A stretch of DNA of 60,476 bases, from positions 1 to 60,476 of the IMG/VR virus record IMGVR_UViG_3300021437_000022. One strand, given 5' to 3'. The stretch comes from a virus (Duplodnaviria; Caudoviricetes). The translations under genes and the position numbers were made by a program. The stretch's first letter is position 1. Each line of letters opens with the position of its first letter. The notes under the pieces are model-generated. The model searched no databases. It was not told where the DNA came from and worked only from the letters and a program-made list of their open reading frames with translations. Shown here piece after piece: positions 28,052 to 37,400 of this stretch.

Positions 28052-28254
28052 CCTTCTCTGTTTCCTCTTCTGATTTCTTCGATATGGCGTGGGAGGCCAT
28101 GCCGTTGCAAGAGAAAGCCACCACAGCGGACGCCGCCTGGGCAGGATTCAAGGCCGGTATCCAGTATGCCAACCAATTTATGAGAGACGACCAACATGGA
28201 CTACATCATCACTTACACGGGCAAGAAAATTCGCCTGACGAACCCGCAGCCTGA
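28048..28254 (+). CDS. Hypothetical protein
   Basis: ATGA overlap; AAWAGFKAG motif. Confidence 0.55.
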   Translation: MTFSVSSSDFFDMAWEAMPLQEKATTADAAWAGFKAGIQYANQFMRDDQHGLHHHLHGQENSPDEPAA

Positions 28255-28741
28255 AGACATTTGCATCGACGACATCTCTATCGCGCTGTCAAACCTGTGC
28301 CGATTCAATGGCCACGTGGGGGAGTTTCTCAGCGTATCGGATCACAGCCTGCATGTCTTGAAGATCGTGTCGGAGAAGACCCGAGCGCGGGACGTATTGC
28401 GCGCGGCATTGCTGCACGATGCATCGGAAGCCTACCTGGGCGACATGTCCACCCCGCTCAAGAGTTTGTGCCGAGACTACCAAGGCATTGAGCTGCTTTT
28501 CCAAGGCGTGATCGAGCAAAGGTTCGACTTGCAGAACGTGACGCAATCGGGATGGGAGCTGATCAAGGAAGCAGACTACACGGCCTTGCAGATTGAAGCG
28601 GTGGATGGCCACTGGAATCTGGCGCTGCATGAAGGTTGGGCCGATGATTTGGAGGTAACTTCTGCTGGGCCTTTCCGATATGGCTCTGCGGAGGATCGCC
28701 GTGAAGCTTTCACGCTGGCCTACTCTCTTCTCGCCGAATGA
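28196..28741 (+). CDS. HD-domain phosphohydrolase (YfdR/5'-deoxynucleotidase-like)
   Basis: DI..ALSNLCRFNGH..SV..HS...LLHDASEAYLGD..PLK...AD...E. Confidence 0.88.
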   Translation: MDYIITYTGKKIRLTNPQPEDICIDDISIALSNLCRFNGHVGEFLSVSDHSLHVLKIVSEKTRARDVLRAALLHDASEAYLGDMSTPLKSLCRDYQGIELLFQGVIEQRFDLQNVTQSGWELIKEADYTALQIEAVDGHWNLALHEGWADDLEVTSAGPFRYGSAEDRREAFTLAYSLLAE

Positions 28742-30729
28742 TCCTCCGCATCGACATTGAGACGTACTCAAGCGCCGACCTGAAAAAGGTTGGCGTTTTT
28801 CGCTATGCAGAGGACCCTGACTTTCAGGTCCTCATGCTGAGCTATTGCCACGATGACGGCCCCGTGGCGAATATCGACTTGGTCAACGAGCCGTTCCCCG
28901 AGTGGCTTTACAACGAGCTTCGCGACCCTGTAGTGACGAAGACGGCATGGAATGCCATGTTTGAAATCACGTGCTTGTCGCGCGCTTTGAAGCTGGAGCT
29001 GGACCCAGCGCAATGGAGGTGCACCATGGTGCACGCTCTGACGCTGGGGTTTCCCGGCAGCCTCGCTCATGCGGCAGCCGTGGCCAATTTACCTTCCGAC
29101 AAACAGAAAATGTCAGAAGGCCGCGCACTGATTAGCTATTTCTGCAAACCCTGCAAGCCGACCAAGAAGAACGGATTGCGCACACGGAACCTGCCTCACC
29201 ATGACAGACTCAAATGGAACCTCTTCAGAGAATACTGCAACCGGGACGTTGAGTCCGAGGCCGCGATGGCTTCGAAGCTTGACCGCTTCCCCCTACCGCA
29301 GATCGAACTTGAGGCTTGGGTTCTGGATATGCGCATCAATGGCCGCGGTGTTTTGGTCGATCGCCATATGGCGTCTTGCGCGATAAAGCTTGACGAGGCG
29401 TACGCGAAGAAGTGCACGGCCGAAGTTATTTCACTCACTGGACTGAGTAATCCGAGGAGCGTGGCGCAGCTCAAGGATTGGCTCCTCACCGAAGAAGGGG
29501 TAGACCTTGAAAGCCTGAGCAAGGAAACCGTTCCGATTGAGCTGGCCAAGGCGGTTGAAGGGAGCCGGCTGCACCGTGTGCTAGAGCTGCGCATGGAGCT
29601 GGCCAAGTCGAGCGTGAAGAAGTACGCCGCCATGGAGCGAGCCGTTTGCAAGGATGGCCGTCTGCGCGGGATGCTCCAGTTTTGCGGCGCCAATCGGACG
29701 TGGCGGTGGGCTGCACGGCTGGTTCAGTTTCAGAACATGGCGGTGAATCGGCTACCCGACCTGCATGCATTGCGCGAGACGTTGGTGCGTGGAGATTTCG
29801 AGTTGCTGGAGATGTTGTGGGGTTCTCCTCCGGGAGCGCTTTCGCAGCTAGTACGTACCGCATTAATCCCTTCTCCAGGCAAGAAGTTCTGGGACGCCGA
29901 CTTCAACTCAATCGAGGCGAGGCTGATCGCCTGGGCCGCGCAAGTGCCTTGGCGCCTTGAGGTATTCGAGACGCATGGCCGTATCTATGAGACATCGGCC
30001 GAGCAAATGTTCGGCTTGCCGCCAGGGAGTATCACGAAGAAAGACCCACTCCGGCAAAAAGGCAAGGTCGCGGAATTGGCGCTCGGGTTTGGCGGGTCTG
30101 TCGGCGCCATGGAGCGCATGGGTGCGCAGAAGATGGGCATCACCGAAGATGAAATTCCCTTGCTGGTGGACCTGTGGCGCAAGGCCTCTCCGGAGCTGAC
30201 CGATTGGAACACCGGACTATGGTCTGCATTTGGGGATGCAGCGGTTCGGAGCGTGAAGTACAAGAAGAAAGAGAAGGTTCGGGTAGGCCCGAAGCACGAG
30301 AACATCTTCGTCGAGTTCGAGTACCGAAGCGGCTTCTTGTTCATGCACCTGCCGTGTGGGTTCAGTCTGAGCTATATCAAGCCGGTAGTCGTAATTGGGA
30401 AGTTCGGGAATGAACAAGTGAGCTACGAAGGCCAGGACCAAGTCACGAAACAGTGGTCACGATTTGAAACATACGGCGCACAATTTTTTCAGAATTTTAC
30501 ACAGGCGATGGCCCGCGGGTGTTTGAGGGACGCGATCACCATGCTGGAGGACGCCGGTATTCCGGTACTATTCCATGTGCATGATGAGGTCGTGGGCGAG
30601 ATCGAACCCGGAGACGACAAGACCCTGAAGATCATCAGCCGGGTCATGTCAACCACGCCGGAATGGGCGCCAGGATTGCGCCTCAAAGGCGAGCCGGAAC
30701 TGCTGGATTTCTACATGAAGGGGGAGTGA
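28738..30729 (+). CDS. DNA polymerase, family A, with 3'-5' exonuclease
   Basis: DIET, NAMFE, YC.RD exonuclease motifs; DFNSIEAR motif A, RQKGKVAELALGFG motif B, HVHDE motif C. Confidence 0.95.
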   Translation: MILRIDIETYSSADLKKVGVFRYAEDPDFQVLMLSYCHDDGPVANIDLVNEPFPEWLYNELRDPVVTKTAWNAMFEITCLSRALKLELDPAQWRCTMVHALTLGFPGSLAHAAAVANLPSDKQKMSEGRALISYFCKPCKPTKKNGLRTRNLPHHDRLKWNLFREYCNRDVESEAAMASKLDRFPLPQIELEAWVLDMRINGRGVLVDRHMASCAIKLDEAYAKKCTAEVISLTGLSNPRSVAQLKDWLLTEEGVDLESLSKETVPIELAKAVEGSRLHRVLELRMELAKSSVKKYAAMERAVCKDGRLRGMLQFCGANRTWRWAARLVQFQNMAVNRLPDLHALRETLVRGDFELLEMLWGSPPGALSQLVRTALIPSPGKKFWDADFNSIEARLIAWAAQVPWRLEVFETHGRIYETSAEQMFGLPPGSITKKDPLRQKGKVAELALGFGGSVGAMERMGAQKMGITEDEIPLLVDLWRKASPELTDWNTGLWSAFGDAAVRSVKYKKKEKVRVGPKHENIFVEFEYRSGFLFMHLPCGFSLSYIKPVVVIGKFGNEQVSYEGQDQVTKQWSRFETYGAQFFQNFTQAMARGCLRDAITMLEDAGIPVLFHVHDEVVGEIEPGDDKTLKIISRVMSTTPEWAPGLRLKGEPELLDFYMKGE

Positions 30730-30731
30730 GA

Positions 30732-31271
30732 ATGCTGATCGGATTGAGTGGATACGCGGGAGCGGGCAAGTCGGAGGCCGCGAAGATTCTGTACGAAGAC
30801 GCGGTAGCGGAAGACCAAAAAGTGGTCATCCTGAAATTTGCGGCAGGGCTGAAGAACATGCTCGCCGCAATTGGCCTGACTCGTGACGAGATCGAAGGCA
30901 GCTTGAAGGAACGGCCACGAGCCATGCTCAGTGGTCATACTCCTCGCTTCGCCATGCAGACCTTGGGTACGGAGTGGGGTCGTAAGATCATGGGCGAGGA
31001 CTTCTGGGTGAACCTGTGGGAGGCCAAGGTCCACGATTACCTGGAGGAAGAGTATCTCGTGATTGCCGATGATGTGCGCTTCGACAACGAGTTGCAGTCC
31101 ATCTATAGGCTAGGCGGCCATGTGATGCGGATCAACGGTGTGACCGCGTGTGGCACCGGAACGCATGAGTCTGAACGCCTACCGCAAGACCCTCGGATCA
31201 TCGACGTGTACAACACCTATGATGAGAGTTTTCAGGACAACGTACGCGGCGCGCTGCGGGCGGTGTTTTGA
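30732..31271 (+). CDS. Deoxynucleoside monophosphate kinase
   Basis: GYAGAGKS, FA..LK, PR.AMQTLGTEWGR, DVRF.NE, HESE. Confidence 0.9.
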   Translation: MLIGLSGYAGAGKSEAAKILYEDAVAEDQKVVILKFAAGLKNMLAAIGLTRDEIEGSLKERPRAMLSGHTPRFAMQTLGTEWGRKIMGEDFWVNLWEAKVHDYLEEEYLVIADDVRFDNELQSIYRLGGHVMRINGVTACGTGTHESERLPQDPRIIDVYNTYDESFQDNVRGALRAVF

Positions 31272-31447
31272 TCTGGACCTTGCTGTTCTGGGGAGTGATC
31301 GCCTGCGCCGCGGTCATCACCCACTGCACCACCCGAGTCGAGCGTAATGATTTTGCGTTCTGGCTCGTGGTGGGGTGCAGTGTTATCGGTCTGATCGGGT
31401 TCACCTGGGAGTGTGTCACCGCCGGCCGGATCATCTTCACATGGTAG
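31268..31447 (+). CDS. 59-aa two-TM membrane protein
   Basis: TTG start overlapping kinase stop; two hydrophobic segments. Confidence 0.5.
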   Translation: MIWTLLFWGVIACAAVITHCTTRVERNDFAFWLVVGCSVIGLIGFTWECVTAGRIIFTW

Positions 31448-34400
31448 ACAGCGACTTCGCTCTTTCCGCTATTCCATTGCGTTGCTGGTAGAGTTTGTCC
31501 AGAACGGCGCGTTTTGTCTCCCCCGAGAGCGACATCGACGAGTCCACGTTTCGGATCATCGTGTTGACGGCGCTCAATTCTTTCGCCACCTTGGCTTCTT
31601 CCGGCTGCGCCTTGATCAAGTCACCCGACTCACTGGCGATCTGGCGCGCGGAGGCGACATCTCCACGAGTCACCGCGGCATGGTAGGACTGGTAGGCCTG
31701 GGTGATCTTCTGTGCTGACTGGTAGAACTGGTCCACATACCGGCTGTTCTGTTCCGGAACTGTTGACACAAAGTCTCCCGCCAGGAATACATCCTTCAAG
31801 CGCATGTCCGGCCGGGAACCTTGCCCGCTGAGCGGGCGCAGGCCGTAATCGAGGGCCGTCACGCTCATGGCTCCCACGCTGCCCAAGTAGCCTTTGATCA
31901 TGAAGTCGATCTGCTTCGGGCTCAGACCTTCGTACTGCCCCTTGGCAAGGGCCGCAGGGTTCGGCAGCCCCATCTGCCCCAGTGCGCGGGCGATCATCGA
32001 CGTATGCTCGTCATAGCGATCTTGGGGTCGTTCTTGCTGATCTCGGGTTGACTCGATCGAACGCCCGGTGAAGCTATCCTTATTGGCGTAGATATCCAGG
32101 ATCGGCTTCACGATCTGCGGTGTCGGGTCCATGCTGAATGTCTGAAACATCGCGGCGGAGACACGAGACGCAAATCGGCTACTGGTCATTTCCTTGTCGA
32201 AAGCGTATTCCCACGACCGCTCCGCCATGGTTCCGATCGTTCCCAACTCAAACGGCTTCGGGATGTGGATCGCGGTGTCACCCACCTTGAACCACCAGTA
32301 GGTGTCGCGATCCCAGTCCGGTCTCTGTTTCCAGTCCTTGTCATCCTTGTAGGCCATCATCAAACCCCAGCTTGCCATGGACACGGCGCCGGCAACTGCG
32401 GCAAACCGGGCAGCTTGTTGGGGGTTCTCCGAAGCGAATTTCCCCATCTTGTACAGGCCTTGAATGCGAGCGTTGAGGAAGGGGACGGACTGCACCAGGA
32501 AGCGGACCAGTGGCCAACGGCCACTCATGGTGAAGTCAAGCAAGTCGCGTGACATGTAACTCGCTTCTGCGTGGGTCTTGCCTCGGGCCAGGAGTTGTTC
32601 ATAGAGCGCCGCGCGGTTGATGTTTTCGCTGCGATCCCCGAGTTCGGCGTAGGCGTCGTACAGCTCGCGCACTTGGCCGGTGATCTCTTTCCACCCTTTT
32701 CGGTCGAGCAACTTTCCACCCGTCTTCTCGATCATGTCTTCGGCGTACCGGGTCATGCCGTCACGGCCTGCCCCGAAGCGGATGATCCCGCCGGAGGCCA
32801 GCATGCTCGCGCGGGTTTGGCTGTCGTGGGCCGTGGCTTTCCATCCCTGGGCCAGATTCTTGACGATGTTCTTGTCTACATCGCTGATGCCTACCGTGGT
32901 GAGTGTGTCACGGATCAAGTTGCGAATCTTGAACACGGGCGTCGCGGTGGCGCCGAACGTGAGCAAATGCTTGAACGTCGAGAAGGGCTTCGCCCATTCC
33001 GGATTGACATAGTTGATCGCGCTGATGGCCTCCAGGAGATGAGGGTCCATCACTTGGAAGTGTTCCCGTGCACCATCACGCAAAATCGCAACGGAACCTT
33101 TTGCAGCAGAGGGCAACTTGTACGCTACCCCGAGGTTCTCTGCCGCGTCCATGGTCTCCCGCGCCGCACGGTTCTTCGCCGCAGCGTCGAACATGTGGCC
33201 CCAATTCATGAGCACGTTAGAAAGCAGATCACTGTTGAGTTGATCCGTGCCGCCCTTCAGTTTCTTCCATGCGTATTGATTCATCAGGCCGGAGCTGAAC
33301 TTCGGGCCTTGCAAACCGTCGTCATCTGCGATGCGATAGAACGGCACGTAGGGTTGATCGCGATACATGTCATATGCAGCCTGATCAATGAGCCCGCTGT
33401 CGAGCGCGATCTTGAGCACCGCCTTGTTGTAGTCATTCAGCTTCGACTCGAATTCAGAGTAGACCTGTTTGCGGGATGTGCCATCCGCGAAGTTGCCTTG
33501 ATCCAAGGTCTTGAGCGCCGTGATATCGGTGTCGGTGAACAGGTTCTCTTTACCCTGGGCCTTGAGTTGCTCGGCGCGCTTGGCAGCAATCCACAACAGT
33601 GCGCGCTGATGCTCGCCTTGCAAGGGAGTGAGTGCGTCCACGAACCCACCCTTGCCTATCTTCACATCGGGCAAGTCGCCATTCATTTCGGGGGCGCCGT
33701 AGAGCAAGGTGGCTTCCAAGGTGCCGTCCGTACCTTTGCTCATGCGGGCCAGCATGTAGCCCTTCTGGCTCACCTCTTTGATCGCGGCGAACTGATCCAC
33801 CAGACCCTGCTTGATTCTGAGCCCCAGGTTCGCTTTGAATTTGTCGATCGACTCCTTCATCGTCAGGTCTTGCTTGAGGCCAACCACGGCCCGCATAGCG
33901 GCTTCCTGGGCAGGATTCAAGTCCCCGAACACTTGCCGATCGGCGCTGAGTTGTGCTTTTCCAGTGGGGGCGAAGCGGCCGTTCTCGTCACGCACGTCAT
34001 GGCGCTTGGGGGTTTCTTCTACCTCACGCTCAGGCGAATACAACGCACGGGTCAGCGATTCACCCCGAGGCCGTAGCTCTGCGCCATCGCCCGAAGATGC
34101 GCGTCGGAGCAAAGTGCCAACGACGGCAGCCCTCTTAAGAGTTGAAACTCCCGCTCGACCATCTTCTGCCTTTCCTGATGCCACTTCTCCAGCTCCGGAT
34201 CGGCTCGCATCTCGTCCAGCCAGTTTGGCGAAATCGGGGTCGGTGAAGAGTTCACCTTTTCCATTGACAAAATCTCCGTGTTCAGTAGCCGTGATATCCG
34301 CAATTTCCGGAACTTCCTTGACGGTCTTATTGTACGACGCGCGGAGCATTTCGCCGAGGTTGTGATTGGTGCGCTCCACCCCCCAGTTGATATCTTGGTC

Positions 34401-37400
34401 GGCCTTCTGGTCAGGGTGCAGGCGCAAGTGATCCGTCGAGTCGTGGCGAATCGCGCTGCTGATCATGTTCTCTGTACGGCGGCTCATGCCGGCCCCGCTG
34501 ATCCCCTTGGGGTCGCCTTCAAAAATGTAGCCGTTGGCGTGCGCCCAAGATGAAATAGTTTGGTAGGCAGCCGTGCCCCGAGACTTGCCTGACTCCAGGC
34601 TCGCCAAGTCTGCAAACACATCCTTGCCTTTGCGCTCGACGTACACCGGCTTGCCGTCAGGCATGCGCATGATCCACGCCTGATCATTGATCGGGTTCTC
34701 TTCTTCCGTCACCTTGATCGGCAATCCTGTTTGGTTTGCGGTCTTCTGCAAATCCTTGTCGCCCTTGAGCCTGGGATACTGGAATGCCTCGTCGCCGATT
34801 TCCTTGGCCATGTCCTTGAAGTCGCGGCCAAGATTCTCGGAGGCTTGCTCGCGAGAAGGTGCTTTCGTCGGCGCGGCGTCGTTCTCCGACATCGTCTTGC
34901 CGTTGGGCTCAATAAAGTAGTCAGGGTTGAATCGCCCGTTATCCCACTTCTGTTTCTCTGGACCGTGAAGCGCGCCCTTCTTGCCGTCCCACTGCGGGAT
35001 GGCTTCCTGCTTCAGATCGACGGAGAGCTGGTGCATGTCGGCGTCGGAGAGCGGCTTGTCGAGCGTGGCCACCAGGGTTTGCTCAGTGTTGCTGCGCTGA
35101 ATCCGTTCCGCCTTGATCTTCACACCGAACTTGGCCAGTGCGTCACGGGCGTGCTGGGCATCCAAGCCCCCACCGCCAGGAACGTCGAGGCCAATGTTCA
35201 CCACTGGCTCGCCCCGATCGGGGCTCATTTGCACGTGTTCGGGCTTGACCTTGGGTGTCGGCGCTGCGCGAGAAATATCTTCACGAGGAGGACGACCACC
35301 CATGCCTTTGTATTCCACGGGAATCTTGTGGTCCCCCAGCATGACCGCGGCGCCATGTGCACCGAACGCCTTGGGCGCGTAGTAGCCTGAATAGCCGTTG
35401 TCGAGCACCCCTTGCTCCAAGGCATTGCCTCCCTTGCCAGTGAGCCCCAGGTGATCGGCGTCGGTGTCGTACAGGTTGTCGAGTTTTGCTTCGTGAGCGT
35501 GGTAACCCACACCAGATTCCGGCTTGACCCCCTTACCTTCGTTCACGTAGAAGTAAGCACGCTTCTTGAGACGTGCGTCGCCGGAAGACGCGATCCGGCC
35601 AGCGGCGGCGTCACGCTCCCCCGTGCCGTATTTCGAGGTATCGATTTCGGTGCGCTTGGCCGTGGAGTAGTGGGTCCCTGTGACGCTCACCCCTCCACGA
35701 TCCGGCGACATAATCGCGCCTTTTTCGTTCCTGGCCTTGTGTTGCTCGAAAGGCGTCAACGCAAGGTCAGGTTTTTCGAGGGACAAGACTGTCGGGTCGC
35801 GGGTTTCCTTGGCGTACTGCACCATGGCGTCGTGCACTGCGTCGCTCACCTCTCGCAGATTCTTGACGAACTTCTCCGAGTCGAACCCTTTCCCACCTAC
35901 CACCTTCAGCACGCGATCAATCGTGTCGCGAAGCAGCCGGCCCAAGTGGGCAATGATCTGGCGTGCCTCGCCGCTGTGCTCGCGGCTGATCTCCGTGAAT
36001 ACCTTGTGCCAGAATTCCGGCTTCATGAAGTGGTTGCCTACCAAGTCATTCGTCAACTCGTCGATATGATCTTCCGCGTCAAGCTTGTAATACTTCTTGA
36101 ACTTGGCAAGGTCTTCTTCGCTCAGGTTTTTCTCAATGACGGCGCGCAGCGCAGAGAACGCTTTCGGGCTTTCCTTTGCCATCAGATGCGTGAGTTCATG
36201 GCCGACAACGGCCAAGTGGGATTCGCGGGCATTCACATTCAGGAAGATTTTTCCCGGAGCGGAAGGGTGTACGAAGCCGCCTTCCCTGCCTCCGTTCGGG
36301 GCTCTGTAGAGCACCACCTGCTTGTTGAAAATGCGCGCCACCGCAGAGACAAGTCGGTGCCCCCGTTGGGTCATGCCGGACTCTCCGGGTCCGCCCATCT
36401 TGGGCAGAGACTCCGGGCTCACCTTCTCGATCGTGTCAGGATGCCGCTCGTCTGACTCTTCAGACAGAGGCTTCTCTTCAGATTTCCCTTCCGCCGCATC
36501 AGATCGATCCGTGGAGCGCAAAGCGATACCGCCGGGACTCGTGGGAGGGGCGGCCTCCGCCAATCGATCCTGGGCCTCTTTTTGCGCTTGAGCCACTTCT
36601 TCTTGTCGTGCTCGCGCGGCTGCCTCGATAGGGTCAACGGTCTTGTTCTTTTCCGCGATCTGGTTGGCGCGCTCCAGGCGAACGGTGGGATTGATCTCCG
36701 TCGGTACCATGGCGTGCTTGCCTTGCACTTCCGGCGACAAAGGCGGCGACTGATCCGGCGTCTTGGCATTGTCGGTTTCGTACTTTCCTGCATGGTTCAG
36801 GATTTCCTGGTCCGACATCTTGCCGTCCAGATACCCGATGCCGTTCTGATCCCGGTAGTCTTGCAAGAATTTCTGGGCGTAGGGCGACGTACCTTCCGCG
36901 ATATCGGCTTTGATATCGGCAACTCGCGAGCCAACTCCCGACATGGGCTTCGGCTGAGTATCGGGGCGCGGAGGAATGGCAAGGTTCGGGTCGATCGAAT
37001 CGTAGGGGCGTTGACCCGGCATGGCGGTGTCGAGATGCGCCGCTTCTTCCGGCGATGCTACCCCGCCGCGCTGTTCAATCGAGCGCAGGGCTGAACCCGT
37101 GAGAGGATTCGACGGCAATGGGCCGAGTACAGAGTTCGCAGAAGCGTCGGCGATACGTTGATCGGCGCTAACCTCTGCTTCTTGCAGTGGCGCCTTGTAC
37201 GCATCGATCCCTTGATCCAGCATTCCGAGGTGTTGGTCAGCGCTGACTTCGGGCTGCGTTGCTGCGGGGTGCTGCGAAGAATCCAATGCCTCCGAGATCG
37301 CGGTGTCTATATCCGGCGCGGACATGACACGGTCGAACACTTCCCGTGCAGAGGTAGCCGGGCGTGGCCCTGCAACTGCACCGCCGATGGCCCCCACCCC

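Noticed and set aside
28196-30729. HD hydrolase + PolA as a 2-aminoadenine (Z) genome pathway
   Set aside because: No PurZ/PurA-like gene was recognised, and YfdR-like HD proteins are common in ordinary phages.
32571-36455. Long plus-strand ORFs antisense to the giant gene (also 11294-12727, 55500-57056, 1302-2366)
   Set aside because: These are shadow ORFs expected from high-GC codon bias opposite real genes; they show no recognisable motifs.
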